DNA from: Tubiluchus corallicola
Lineage: Eukaryota; Animalia; Priapulida
NCBI GenBank assembly: GCA_030141605.1
Contig: JAQGDQ010000959.1
Coordinates: forward strand, 11,911-75,910
Reading direction: 5' to 3'
DNA: 64,000 nucleotides
The notes under the pieces were generated by a model that did not search any database, was not told the origin of the DNA, and saw only the letters and a list, made by a program, of their open reading frames with translations. Positions 25,945 to 40,400 of the stretch are shown in pieces. Numbering within the stretch: position 1 is the first letter of the stretch; every line of letters begins with the position of its first letter. The translations under genes and the position numbers were made by a program.

Positions 25945-26897
25945 TTAAACAATCTCATTCGTTTAATATCGTTAATTTATTTGCATTTAATATTTCATAT
26001 ATTTACTTGTGGATTCCCGCGTTCAGTTGTTCTCTTGGTCATTCGTTTATTCAATCATTCATTTGTTCGCTCATTCGCTTCATACCGTGTGAAGTAGTAC
26101 AGTAACCACACATTGGCGCATGAGTTCGTATTATTCGTTTAAATGTGCCTGTTCGTTATCTCCCAACAGCGCCACGTTGCGGCAGACAGGCAACACTAAA
26201 CAGATCCTAGAGATAACAGCACAAAGCAATGGCAAAAAATCCAAAAACTAACATGTAAGATGAAAGTGTGTACGTTTAGATGAATTAATACCGTAAACAC
26301 GGCGACTGCTCGCCGTTATGCCAGTTTTGGCTTCAGACATGTGGTGTCTTAGCTGCTTAAGTTACTCAACCAAAGATTGAAGCCTTGTAGGCCTAGTGAA
26401 TGTGAAACTGAAGCACTGCATTAACTGAAACTCGTTTATTTATGGACTCCAGTACAATAGTATCTCAATAAACTATGGGCTATTTACTGCTGTGCATAAT
26501 TATATTAAAGAAATTAAGCGTTTTAACTTAAGCTAAATCCAATATTTTCAGTTGATAATGTTATGTTTTTTATATTCGTTTGCCTCATACTTACTAGATT
26601 ACGACTGTCTTTTTTTATTAATTAATACGGTTGTCTAATTGTTCTGTAGATTTTAATTGTGCACTTTATCTTTCTTGTATTGTATTTGTATTATTATTGT
26701 AACCAGAGGAGTTTTGTATCAGTTTTATTGCAGTGTCCAAAGGTTGTAAAATAAATTATGTTTAAACTGAGACTGAACTGTACGCGAGAACCAGCACGTT
26801 GTCTTTGACATTGGAATTTTTCATTACCTGAGACTGAAGCCTGCGTCATCATTAAAATCGTGTGTTGTGTTTGAGACTGAAACTATTCTTTGTTACT

Positions 26898-27860
26898 GAG
26901 ATTGAAGCCATGCATTGTCACTGAGAACAAAGTACTGATTGTCATTGAGATTGAAGCTATGCATTGTCACTGAGAACAAAGTACTGATTGTCATTGAGAC
27001 TAAAGCCATGCATTGTTCCTGAGAACAAAGTACTGATTGTCATTGAGATTGAAGCCATGCATTGTCACTGAGAACAAAGTACTGATTGTCATTGAGATTG
27101 AAGCCATGCATTGTCACTGAGAACAAAGTACTGATTGTCATTGAGATTGAAGCCATGCATTGTCACTGAGAACAAAGTACTGATTGTCATTGAGATTGAA
27201 GGCATGCATTGTCACTGAGAACAAAGTACTGATTGCCATTGAGATTGAAGCCATTCATTATCACTGAGAACAAAGTACTGATTGTCATTGAGATTGAAGC
27301 CATGCATTGCTACTGAGAAGAAAGTACTGATTGTCATTGAGATTGAAGGCATGCATTGTCACTGAGAACAAAGTACTGATTGCCATTGAGATTGAAGCCA
27401 TTCATTATCACTGAGAACAAAGTACTGATTGTCATTGAGATTGAAGCCATGCATTGCTACTGAGAAGAAAGTACTGATTGTCATTGAGATTGAAGCCATG
27501 CATTGCTGCTGAGAAGAAAGTACTGATTGTCATTGAGATTGAAGCCATGCATTGCTGCTGAGAAGAAAGTACTGATTGTCATTGAGATTGAAGCCATGCA
27601 TTGCTACTGAGAACAAAGTACTGATTGTCATTGAGATTGAAGGCATGCATTGTCACTGAGAACAAAGTGCTGATTGTCATTGAGATTGAAGCCATGCATT
27701 GTCACTGAGAACAAAGTACTGATTGTCATTGAGACTAAAGCCATGCATTGGCACTGAGAACAAGGTACTGATTGTCATTGAGATTGAAGCCATGCATTGT
27801 CACTGAGAACAAAGTACTGATTGTTAGTGAGATTGGAGACAACCATTGTCATTGAGATTA
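26898..27860. repeat. 49-bp minisatellite (25+24 dimer), about 19 copies
   Basis: Unit GAGATTGAAGCCATGCATTGTCACT GAGAACAAAGTACTGATTGTCATT. Confidence 0.97.
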
Positions 27861-30800
27861 ATGACATGCATTATGAAGTAAGAATAAAACCAGGCACACT
27901 GTAAGCCACAAACCATTCATTCATTATGTCCAAGATGACCGTAGTGCAAACTAAAAGTAGAACTTGTTTTATACATGCACCTGATTTCAAAGTAGACTAG
28001 ACTTGAAGCCATGCGTAGGAAACAGGTCACATGCAAACGAGTGGGCTGGGTTTGCTTTTAAATATTTTACATTCTTCCGGCTTTTTGGGGTGTCAACACC
28101 TAGATATTACCAGCATTTCAGTTCCAAATCAATGAAACTTTAATAAGTGTTTATATTCTTTGCACAAGCTCTCGGATTCTTTGCAAACTGTAGTACTAGC
28201 AGCTTAATTTCGTTGGTGCCACTGTGCCAGCGCCAGAAATTCAAACAGGCCAAAGACCATAATTCAGGCTCTCCGTTGGACTGCCTACCAGCCATTTTCC
28301 AACTCGCGCATTCCTATGAAGTCATTCATAATCGAAGCAGAATCAGTGATATAAACAGAGAGGAAATCAAGATGCCATTTTAAACAAAAATGGGCTCTAG
28401 AATGATATTCGCTAACCTATTTCAAACATACGAGAGACTTTGCTGTAGGCTAACCCATGCAGATCACACAAAAATAAACATTTTTCGGCTTAGAATGCTT
28501 CGTCCTTGCCACTAAGTAGCCTTGAACATGATTACTGTCGGAATTTGTAGCGTCTGGATCGCGGCGTGTATCCAGTATGGCGTTTGATTTCCATGAGTCA
28601 CAGTGATCTCAGATTTTTCCATTTCACTGGCATTTCAAGGTTATGTAGTAAGGCAAATTCTAAACATTGTTTGGCAAACTATAGACTCGATATACGCGAA
28701 TTTGATGGTTTAGTAATCATTACAGATTTTGGCCACTGTTTCATCTTAAACTGAACTTTTTGCTGTTCAAACTTATGAAATGTTAAGTGGTCAGTCATTT
28801 TTGCAAAACTCAGCGATGGCGTAAAACTGTGTCATTCGAACTTTTTATTATTATTATGTCGATATTGTAGACCTGCTTGACTTTCCTGATTGAAGCAGGA
28901 CGAATTCTCTGCACTAATTTGTTTCAGAAATTTTGCAGACCACCTCAGTCCCTTACTAGAAATTCTACTTTCAGTAATTAGCTAAAAAGAAATACAGGCG
29001 CTTGGTAAAATTGGGACGGCTGCTGTCCACTTCTCTGATTTTAGCAGGCGCGTGTTCTACAATGTTCCCTCTTCGTGTAAACAACTTTGAGAAGCGGACT
29101 TACAGAACTATGCAGGAAGCCCCAGTTCTTTCACTAATCCGACTCCGCCAAGTATTGGGTGAACAGTTGAAGCCAGCACACGTACACGCCGCATCACAGT
29201 TAACTATTGTAAATAAACCAGCTTCGAATATCGCCGGATCTCGGACTCATTAGCCAGGGGATTGATACAATTCAAAGCCAGCATTCTTCACGCCGCGAAT
29301 GCCCGCCAATTAAGGCCTGTTCCTCGCAGGAGGTCCAGCAATAATAAATATCACCAATTTACACATTCTTCTGCCCCCCGGGCGAAGTGGCAACATGCCA
29401 CTTTGTACTACACTGGTATTAGTTGAATCTCCAGGTACAGTAGCCTATTAGCACAAGAAGTGCTTTTCGTAAATAAGTTTCTTACCTCTTTCCTAGGTCA
29501 TGTATCTCTTTGAACTTTTTTGAAGCACATAGTAAGTCATCGTAACGTCATCATCAGCTTATGACAATTTAACAGAAGTATAGAGAACATAGATTAATCG
29601 TACTTGTAACATGTTACATGCAAATACATTTTGCAAAAGAACAGTGCAGCTGTTAACGCTTGTCATGGTAACATCTCATGTCATTATTTTGCAAAAAAAT
29701 CTGAATGAGACACTCCCACAAGGACATAGAGGTCATATATATTGTTTACAACAGCAAATTTGTAATGGCAAACAAACCATGCAGATGACAACACTGTACG
29801 AAGACGTTTGCAGTGAGAGACCCGAGAATATCAAATTACTACAGTGACCAATAATTGTCGCCCAGCGTTGGATAAAACAATTCCTGTAAATTGACATAAT
29901 GTCTTCTAATATGACATTAAAACTTCCTTCTAATAACACAGAAAAAATATCGTTGCTTCTGTTTCGTAGCAATGTCCTTGTAGAAATTCACCTTTACAAC
30001 TTTAATCAAACCCTACTGAGTGATGGATCTATACTGTTGACGTCACAACAAACACTGACGTCACTGAAATTTTACAGCAAGTATGTAGAGATGGGTGTCA
30101 CCTGGGTGGAGGAGAAAATTTGGGCGAGGGAATCGCAATGATTTTGGAAAGTGTCCTGCGAAGACTGTCACTTGCAAACATTGGTACTCAGAGTGAATAG
30201 AAATCAGTTTTCTCTTGCCATGGTTAAACATGATACCAGGTACGTGAGTCAACAAGGGTTGGTTTTACTGCCGTTCTGCATTGCAGATTTGTTTCCCATT
30301 TTATTACATTATAATAATTACGAGGCTGAGCTAGAGAATTAATTAGAAAGGGCTTATCCACTCCATTCCACGCGCCAAAAACGCCATTTTGACTAAACTG
30401 AACATGGATGTATGCCTTCGCTGCTTTCCCGATAAAATGCAAAGCCAACAAAAATAGTGCAACTGTTATACTTGGACGATTTGCTTATTCACCCATTAGC
30501 TTGCGCCCGTCTCATGTCTTGTCTCAGTTCAGCTTGAATCCTGTCATGCCGTCGAATCAATTACCTTGGCATATTTGCTGAACAAATAAAGGCGGCTTCT
30601 TCTATATGCTTGGCAACAAATGCTAAGTTGGTTGGCGTCACTAGTGGCGCTTGTGAAGCAATTTCTGCAGCGATGGCACTTTCACGAAATTTTTAACGAT
30701 ATATTAAGCAACCGATATTAATATACAAAGCATACATAGACTTCAACATTTGATAAGCAGGGCAGAAGACGTTAACTGTATAGGTACACACTACCGACTT

Positions 30801-31262
30801 TGGTTGTCAAACTTCATTTTGAACCCACAAAACAAAACGGGGCGTCACGGCTGTTCAACGTGACCAACTGCATTTAGTTATCTTAGCTTGTATTTTCTTA
30901 CAGCTACTTTAGTCGTTGGAATATAGATTAAGACGAAATGTAGGTCTGCATCAAATGTTGTTTGGATATTCTAATGATGTTAGAATTTGTAATCACCGGC
31001 GTCAGAACATTAGGTAATTGTGCGAATGAATATGGAGGGTCGATAGTTGTTATGAATAGCACTGAGATTTCGAATCAGTGACAGTGACACGCTGAACATA
31101 GACGGTGAATTATAATACGCGTAATTGTTAGTGTCATCGTCGTTCATATGCCGTTGATGGTGGTATTGAATTCATTGTTCAGTTCAATTCAAATTTTTAG
31201 ATTTGCGTTCTTAAAAGTCTTAAACGTTAGGCAATGTGTAACATGATAAGTTACATAATAGT

Positions 31263-31851
31263 AGGAAAACTCTCAGAGCAACTTAGTAGAGTTTTTGCTT
31301 CATTTCAGATTATTGTGTAAACACGAGTTCAGAATAATGAATGCCATAAAATATTGAAAACTACAATAGCTTTTTTTAAATCAAAGCTTAGATTAAATAA
31401 TAATTACCTCGGATACTCAAATTTCGTTAAACTTTCAAAGCTGCGCTCGGCTCAGTGAATCCACTAAGATTGGCAGAGATTCCCAAAGACCATATATATT
31501 CAGGCTCTCTGTTCGAATCATGAACTGCAATGTAAGTTTCTGACGTCATATGATGTAAGATTCTGATAGTGTCATATGATGTAAAGCCCATTTTTCGTGA
31601 CATCACGCGTTTGAACAGTACTGTAGCACTTATGCAAATGTGCTTGATGCACAAGGGAAAATGCCTGTCATGGCACAAACTGCGGTTAGTTTCTGACGTA
31701 AGCAATAGCTGTGTTCGTTTGCCGTTAATTAACTTTCTAAGCTAATTATTCAAGTATAAGGAACAATTGTTAACTTTTATAGGCAAGAAAATGTATATTT
31801 TGGACAGTAAATTAAAATGAGATTGAGTCCGAGCAATTGTCCGGTTTTCCT
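31263..31851. mobile_element. Kolobok-type MITE family A, copy 3 (rearranged left end)
   Basis: Body matches copy 1. The left TIR AGGAAAAC is separated from ATTGTGTAAAC by about 40 unrelated bp. Right end CAATTGTCCGGTTTTCCT|TTAT. Confidence 0.8.
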
Positions 31852-31956
31852 TTATAAACTGACTGACTGACTTGTAAGAGAATGATTTCGTTTGTCACAA
31901 ATGTTTTGCGGTGCATAACGCTCCCAGAATCTCCTGTACACTTCCAGCATCTAGGT

Positions 31957-32103
31957 ACCATGACAGGGACTCTCAGACTGGTGAGGTTATCGTCTGTGTT
32001 GAGGAAGAGACGGGGACCATGACAGGGACTCTCAGACTGGTGAGGTTGCCTTCTGTGTTAAGGAAGAGGTAGGGACCATGACAGGGCCTATCAGACTGGT
32101 GAG
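31957..32103. repeat. 59-bp tandem repeat, about 2.5 copies
   Basis: ACCATGACAGGG(A/C)CT(C/A)TCAGACTGGTGAG recurs three times. Confidence 0.85.
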
Positions 32104-32634
32104 CTTCCTCAATGACAGTGGCAAACTTGACTTCAGCACTTTAAGCTGATTTTAGTTTTGGAAACCTGCAACTAAAACTCTGTCGCCTGTTACAAAATCG
32201 TAAACGCCGACATTTAAAACGTGCTAAATGCTTTAAGAAATGTGCAAAATGATTCATAGACACGAGCTGCATGATTTACAAAAAGGCCACATTATTTTTC
32301 CACAAGCGAACGATTTGATACTCTGGCAAACAGAGCTTTAGGCGCATGGTACCGAATGCTCGGTTGCTCAGTAAAGAGCCTTACTAACGCTTCATCAAAC
32401 ATAATAATTGTTTTCCCTCTTTCTCGTTAGATTTTGCCCCGGATTCCTCCGCTTTGATTGCGCAGGATTTATTACATGGCTTCATCAGTTTTCGTCATAA
32501 TAACTCATTTAACGTGCGGGAGTAAGTGCCGAACATTTTACAGGTTTATAAGAGCAGATCCTGAACATTTGAAATAAAAAGTGTTTGGCATGTTAGAACC
32601 ATTGAAGCGTAAACTGTTTTTAGGTCTGACTTAA

Positions 32635-33020
32635 AGGAAAACCGGGTGATTGTTTAGGCTCAATCTCATTTTAATTTACTGTCCATAATATACGTTTTCT
32701 TGCCTATAAATGCTAACAATTGTTCCTTATGTTTGAATAATTAACTTAGAAAGTTAATTAACGGCAACCTAACGCAGCTATTGCTTACGTCAGGAACTAA
32801 CCACAGTTTGTGCAATGGCAGGCATCTTCCCTTGCACGTCAAGCACGTTTGAGTGAGTGTTACTCTTTAAACGCGTGATATCACGAAAATGTGCTGTACA
32901 TCATATGACGTCAGAAACTAACACAGCAGTTCATGATCATGGTTATCACGGTACCGCCTTTTAATTGTCGGCCACGCGCATGTGACAAAAAGGCGCCGCT
33001 GCCAGTCTTAGTAGATTCAC
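32635..33020. mobile_element. Kolobok-type MITE family A, copy 4 (truncated)
   Basis: Starts TTAA|AGGAAAACCGGGTGATTG. Similarity stops after TAGATTCAC at about 33020. Confidence 0.82.
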
Positions 33021-34728
33021 CAATACGTGATGCGTTTTCAGACAATAGCCATCACGATCGAATGAATACGGATCACGCATTGCGCGCACATGGAGTCGTA
33101 CCTTTAGTCTGGCGTCCGTTCATCATCTATCGTCCGTCCACAATTTGAACTTAAACCAGTTCTGCGTAAACCACACTCTTGGGTTACCTTTGGGACAAGA
33201 TGATGGTTCATGTAAAACATCATCTGGAAAACAGGTACGAACGTCAATTGTTACACAGTTGTGCGGAGAATTACATTGGCCTGTCACCTGCTGATAACCC
33301 AACATGGACATCCCTCCCTTAGGGGCGGATGGAGCAGGATCCAGGATCGTGGGTGTATCCGAGGCAGGTCAATGCCACCAAACATTAACAAATGTAATTT
33401 TTTGTTTAGATTTAAAATAATGCATACAGGGTACAGAGGATTCAAACAAATAATTATTCAAACAAATGCTTTGGTTTTAATCCGCACAATATCAGTTGTT
33501 GATGTTAGGTGATAGGTGACAACTGGATGGGTGACCGCCAGTGACCCTGTAGTTAAAGACCGAAACCCGAAATATTGCTGAAATGATCCGAGTCAGCTCA
33601 CTGCCCGTCTCAGCATTTTCACTCTCTCAAGATCTGCTTCGTCAATTCATATCGTTTTGTTATGGTGAAAATGAATAAAATATCAAAGACGTCACCTGCT
33701 GACAGTCCAACATGGACAAAAATGCTTCACCTTCTCCCCCAATGAGGGAAGTTCCAGGATACGAACAATGAAACGATCAAACGAAAGTGTTTAAAAACTT
33801 GGTACTCAATTAAATAGATTTATTTCGCAATAAACATATACATATGCATAACATGTGCATCGATAATCAGTTTTTGTTAACACAAAATTATGATTCAATT
33901 CATAAATTCTGCGCTAGGACCTAAGAAGCCAGCTTATGGTAGGCCACTAGAATTAGTTACGAGAAAAATTACAATATATTGGTAATGGTTAGTGTGAATT
34001 ACACTGGGCGTTCGTAGTATTAAATTTTCATAATTACGATGTAAACTGATGGTCGGTACAGAGAAATGATAAATAATTTAACACATTCGCTAAGCATTTG
34101 TGGAGGAGGCAACACTAAGTCTTGTTTAGACCATACAGAGGTGCAACACTTGTTTAGACTATATGGAGGTGCGCATTGCAGATATATACGGGTGGGAAGT
34201 AATAAAAATATTATTAAACTAGAGAGGAAGTTTTTGAAAATGAAAAACAAATCATGATTGGGTGATCAGTTATATGTTTCAAGTCAATTTAATTTATAAT
34301 TTTTTATATATGGAAAGCGAGTTGGCATTTTTAAGTACAAGGGTCATAAAGGTTATAAGGATGTTGATGCTAGGCGATGGATGAGAACATTGGCGATAGC
34401 ATACAGTGACCTGGGGAATCCCAGAAATTGCTAATTAAATGTGGCCAAAAACGTCGACATTATTTCGTCGTATGTGATCACTGGGAATTGTATGTGGGAA
34501 GGTTTCCGAACGAAATTTGAACGTGAAAAATGTATTACATTGTTTGACCAGGAGGGGCACCTCAGGGGAAATTAGTGCTTTTTGAGTGTCTTTATTGCCT
34601 ATGAGAATTTGTGAACTAAAGTTGGCCAAAAAGAATGGCTTTGGGTCAAACGATCCTCAAGGTGTCAAACATGAGAATCAGTGGGACTTAAAGGCGTTAC
34701 TTTATGCACTGTTCGCTCTGTTTTTTAA

Positions 34729-35269
34729 AAGAAAACCGGATGATTGTGTAAACATTAGTTCAGAATAGAATGCTCTAAAATATTGAAAACTACAAATTTT
34801 TTTAGATCAAAGCTTAGATCAAATAATAATTACCTTGAATACTCAAATTTCGTTAAACTTTCAAACCTACTTGCGGCTCAGTGAATCTACTAAGATTGGC
34901 AGTGGCGCCTTTTTGTCACATTCGCGTGGCCGAAACATAGAAGGCGGTACCGTGATAAGCATGATCATGAGTTGCAGTGTTAGTTTTTGACGCCATATGA
35001 CGTAGAGCCCATTTTCGTGATATCATGTGTTTAAGCAGTACTGTAACACTTACGCAAATGTGCTTGACGCACAAGGGAAGATGCCTGCCATTGCACAAAC
35101 TGTTGTTAGTTTCTGATGTAAGCAGTAGCAGTTCGGTTGCAGTTAATTAACTTTCTAAGCTAATTATTCAAATTTTAAGAGCAATTGCTAACATTTATAG
35201 GCAAGAAAATGTATATTTTGGACAGTAAATTAAAATGAGATTAAGTCTAAACAATCGTCCGGTCTTCCT
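34729..35269. mobile_element. Kolobok-type MITE family A, copy 5
   Basis: TTAA|AAGAAAACCGGATGATTG ... CAATCGTCCGGTCTTCCT|TTAA. Confidence 0.88.
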
Positions 35270-36195
35270 TTAATATGTGTCTGCATAAGGCATACGGGAA
35301 ATAAAGCAGTACCACTAGACAAGCTTTTTCTATTAAACAGCTTTGAGTATCACAAGAATATAGAGTTAATGTCAAGAATTGTTTAAAGTTAAAGAGCTCT
35401 ATAATAGTCTATAATGCTTCCTCTTTTGCTAATAAATGTCTGCATAATTGTCGCACAACATAACCTAAAAACTTGGTTACAACAACTACGTCACCTCCTA
35501 GTAAAATTTAATTGTTGACATATAGAAAGGTACATACTGTCAGAGTGCCAGTACGTGTAATTCTTATTTTTTACTAAACCTATTTAGCTGTATGAAAGAA
35601 CAGGAGGCCCTACCTGTCCTACTCCGTGATTACAATTACAGTATTCAATATTTAAGTAAAACTATTGCTGTAAAAGGATATTGGAGAAAATAAATTATTT
35701 GTCTATTAAATTAAATTAAATTAATTGTCTGTCTACGTAACTTGTAAGCGTCCTTGTTCAAAAATGACACAAAATCACGACTACCTCATAAGCAGACTGA
35801 GCATTTTGTAGCAGAGGTCAAAAATATGACGTGGAATTGAACCCAGAACCAAGATGAATTAAAATTAAGTATTCACATCCACTATACGTAAAACTAGGTG
35901 AGCAAGTGCACGTTTTGAGGAACAGTATTAAACGTGCTTATCGTTTCCAAGTTTTTATAATGCACTCTTAGTTTATCTCTATGGACCGGCAAAATCCTTG
36001 ACATTCTTTGAATTTTTCTGTGACTGTAAGTTCTATAAACAAAAGTATGTTTTGAAAACAGGAAACGTCTTACTAAAATAATGAACAAGATACACAGACC
36101 TACGCAGATTCTGCAAACTAACTGAAAGTTTGAGCTTGAAAGCTGCAGTCAGTGTTCTTGTTTTTTCTGTTTTTTTTTTGCTGCGTAGTACTTCT

Positions 36196-36382
36196 CATGC
36201 AGCTATGCAGTCCTCGTGCAGCCATGCAGTCCTCGTGCAGCCATGCAATCCTCGTGCAGCTACGCAGTCCTCGTGCAGCCATACAGTCCTCGTGCAGCTA
36301 TGCAGTCCTCGTGCAGCCATACAGTCCTCGTGCAGCCATGCAGTCCTCATGCAGCTATGCAGTCCTCGGGTCCTTCAGCCAT
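36196..36382. repeat. 19-bp minisatellite, about 9 copies
   Basis: Unit GCAGCCATGCAGTCCTCGT. Confidence 0.92.
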
Positions 36383-36633
36383 AAAGTTAGGATTCTGTTA
36401 TGATGATGATGATGCTTAACCTTACCACGTTGACATTCCTAAAGTGCCACATTTGGTATCAATTCTAGTCTGTCAACATTCTTCAAAAAATAACAATAAT
36501 AAGGCTAATCGTTGACTGAGATGAGGTTCAACATGTTGAGGGTTTATTACTAACACATGACAGAGCAAATGCTAGAGAATGTATGTCGTGTTTGTAGGCT
36601 TTTATAATTGGCTCTCAAACAGGAGAAATTTAA

Positions 36634-37226
36634 AGGAAAACGGGACGATTTTTCATATCCTAGCCCATTTTGAGACCTATAATAATGCCAATGTATTGGC
36701 ATTGTGTTGGCATAATGCCATAATTAAATGCATGTCAAAAATATAATTAACAACAGGCGACGAGCCCAACTATTGATGGCATCACAAATGAACATAATTT
36801 TCAACAGTGCAGACATTCCACAAGTGTTTTGCACGTATCTGTTTAGCGAAAATTGAAGAACAGCGTTGCTGTACAATATTCAGTGTGATAATCAAAAACT
36901 CGGCAAATTTTAAGTTTAAAATTCAAATTTCTAGTTTTCCACTGTGTTCACGCATGAGCTGTTAAAAGTGTGCACTACGTCACAACTGAACACATCCGAA
37001 CTGAGAGGTACAGGCCTGTTTTCTGTGCAACAAGTTTCTGAAATGCAAACGCTATAGTGTCCATTTAACTAGCAAATGGCGAAATGCACGTAACTGGACA
37101 ACTAGCTGCGAAATAAAGTTTCTGTGGTAATAATTCTTTGTCATTTTTGAAAAAATAGTACGTTCAATTTCAATATTTTGTAGATTAAATTGTTTTGAAC
37201 TAAGCTTAAGATCTTCCGGCTTTCCT
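36634..37226. mobile_element. Kolobok-type MITE family B (same TIR tips as family A, unrelated interior)
   Basis: TTAA|AGGAAAACGGGACGAT ... ATCTTCCGGCTTTCCT|TTAA. Confidence 0.72.
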
Positions 37227-37413
37227 TTAAGTTTTTGAATTGTGTGAAAGTCCTTGAACACCGGTCTATATGGTTGAAATGATGTAGCACAATACTTTAT
37301 CAATAAAACCACACGTGTTTCCATTTCAGGTAAAATTTGAACCGAGTCACAACTGTATAGGCCTCTCGATCTGGTGAAATTTACAGCAAGGCTCACTTTG
37401 ACCAGAGGCCACC

Positions 37414-40400
37414 ATGAACTGTGCAGACTGCAAAAAGTCATTGGCAGGACAACAGTACGTGGAAGTGCAGGCCGAGAAATACTGCCTAAAATGTCATGAA
37501 AAGAACTTTGCTAATGTGTGTGCCGAGTGCAAGAAAAAGATTGTGGTGGGGCAGAAAGTAAGTTACATTTATAGTTAATGCGTCCAGCAATGTTGTAGAC
37601 AGTTATTGTCTCAATTTACGTCTTATTCACCTCCCTGCTTCCTCCATTATATCCATGAGGCTGCAGTTTCAGCAATGGACAAGATTGGACCCATGTATAA
37701 TGTTCATTCATTCAAACTTCATTTACAAACAACAAAATCGCACGACTTAGCTGATATTTTCATCCAAGCGGGGTGCTGTACACATCTGTTCAGAAAGGAA
37801 GCTTGAAAACCATTTTACTGGTAGAAAGTTAAGATACTACTTGGGCGGCTTTACCCAATGTCAAGCATGTTTTAGGAAAAAAATTGGAGATCCATCCACC
37901 AGGAATGATCCTCCACAAGACATCACCAGGGACGATCCTCCACAAGACATCACCAGGGACGATCCTCCACAAGACATCACCAGGGATGATCCTCCACAAG
38001 ACATCACCAGGGATGATCCTCCACAAGACATCACCAGGGATGATCCTCCACAAGACATCACCAGGGATGATCCTCCTCAAGACATCACCAGGGACTATCC
38101 TCCACAAGACATCACCAGGGACGATCCTCCACAAGACATCACCAGGGATGATTCTCCACAAGACATCACCAGGGATGATCCTCCACAAGACATCACCAGG
38201 GATGATCCTCCACAAGACATCACCAGGGATGATCCTCCACAAGACATCACCAGGGATGATCCTCCTCAAGACATCACCAGGGACTATCCTCCACAAGACA
38301 TCACCAGGGACGATCCTCCACAAGACATCACCAGGGACGATCCTCCACAAGACATCACCAGGGATGATTCTCCACAAGACATCACCAGGAATGATCCTCC
38401 ACAAGACATCACCAGGGATGATCCGCCACAAGACATCACCAGGGACGATCCTCCACAAGACATCACCAGGAATGATCCTCCACAAGACATCACCAGGGAC
38501 GATCCTCCACAAGACATCACCAGGGACGATCCTCCACAAGACATCACCAGGGATGATCCTCCACAAGACATCACCAGGGACGATCCTCCACAAGACATCA
38601 CCAGGGACGATCCTCCACAAGACACCACCAGGGACGATCCTCCACAAGACATCACCAGGGACGATCCTCCACAAGACACCACCAGGGATGATCCTCCACA
38701 AGACATCACCAGGGACGATCCTCCACAAGACATCACCAGGGATGATCCTCCACAAGACACCACCAGGGATGATCCTCCACAAGACATCACCAGGGATGAT
38801 CCTCCACAAGACATCACCAGGGATGATCCTCCTCAAGACATCACCAGGGACGATCCTCCTCAAGACATCACCAGGGACGATCCTCCACAAGACATCACCA
38901 GGGACGATCCTCCACAAGACATATCGTCTTTTTTTGCTAATTCTTGGTCACTTGGCAGATAGTTCTGCTGGTTTTCCAAAAAACAATGATTGATTAAGAA
39001 CTTGTTGCAAAGGAAGAAATGTAAAGAATAACCTTTCCAATTCCTAATGTCGTTCAATGACAATTACATTAATGTTTAATATCTCACAATAAATACTCCT
39101 CATTAAATGTGCAAAAGATGACAAGATTCAAAAAAATTTTGCTGCTTTCAGGATTTGTCTTATGGAGATGAACACTATCACGAGGAATGTTTCGCATGCA
39201 TGATCTGTAACATCTCGTTAGCAGACACAGAGTTTGAAGTAAAAGATAAGAACCGGTACTGTACTAACTGCTACGTAGAGAAGTTGGGAAAAGAAAACAC
39301 ATGTCCGGGCTGCAAACAAGTCTTACGTACTGGTAAGTAATTGCCACGTGATAAAATTGCTAAGTCCTCATTGACAAGCAACATTCATTTTTAATAGAAT
39401 TAGAAGTAGGTAAACCTTCAACTCTGCAATATCGGACCAATCTTCAATCGCTAATTCCAAAAGCTTAAAACAGCTAAACTGGAATAGTGGGTGAAGTCAA
39501 CATGCCCGTGTGTTTATCAAAAAATGTCCACTGAACATAAAAAAAAAACAAAGTACTGGATGAGGTCTTCAATGTGCTTATAAAAATATCTGTAAATTTT
39601 ACAATCTTCACAAGTGAGTAGGCGGCTTCGTGACTGCTGATGGCATCAAGAATCACTTGCCAGAATGTAACAGGGAAGCCAGTGTTGGAAGTCTGTTCCA
39701 AATCCTGACTCTTCAATGGTAAGCGGAGTTTGTGTAAGAGAGGACACTGCACGGGATTTGGACATATTTGTACTGGTAACTTGAACAGCAAAGGTTCTCT
39801 GGTCACCACATTGAATTTCATAAAACTTTGCGACTCAGCCGTGCAACCATCTGTTCTATAGAGTCTCATTTCTGTTGCTGAAGCAGTGACATCACAATCC
39901 CGTCCTCTCGTCAATGTTCACTTTTAACGAAATGAGTTGCTTGTCGTTTCATTTTCTCAAAGTTGATAGTGTTATGTTGTGTACAAGAAGCCCATGCACA
40001 ACAAGCATATTCCAGCCTTGGTCTAACTGAGATGAAATAACTATTCTGCTTTACTTCCTCCAAACAATTAGAAACAATAAGCGCAAGGTGTTATTGCTTT
40101 TAGATCGAATTTTATCGCAGTGGTCACTCCAGTTGAGATTTCGATCTCGTATAACCCCAAGATTTTGATGTTAGTTAACGTATGTTATTGGCACATCTGC
40201 AATTGTGTACTGGGAGCCTAATTTCTTTTTATTGGTAATATTTAGAATGCAACACATAGATGGGTTGAACTGCTTAAACCAGTCCTTGACAACGGATGGA
40301 GTTTCTTTAAATCATTTTGCAAATGAATATGGTCTTCCGTACATGTTATCTTGCGGTAGAAAATGCTATTGTTAGAAAAAAATCTGTTAAGATGATATGT

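Noticed and set aside
35828-35852. tRNA or tRNA-derived SINE (minus-strand GGTTCAATTCC B-box-like)
   Set aside because: No A-box or cloverleaf upstream. At most a tiny SINE remnant.
37829-38993. Three 360-370-aa ORFs (DITRDDPPQ, ILHKTSPG and WRIIPGDVL repeats) as a repetitive protein or alternative FHL exon
   Set aside because: They arise from a stop-free 27-bp minisatellite open in several frames on both strands. It lies inside an intron whose flanking exons already join in phase, and I saw no convincing splice sites.
39474-39914. 146-aa minus-strand ORF in an FHL intron
   Set aside because: Non-ATG start and no recognisable motif. It sits next to a decayed LINE and is probably non-coding or TE debris.
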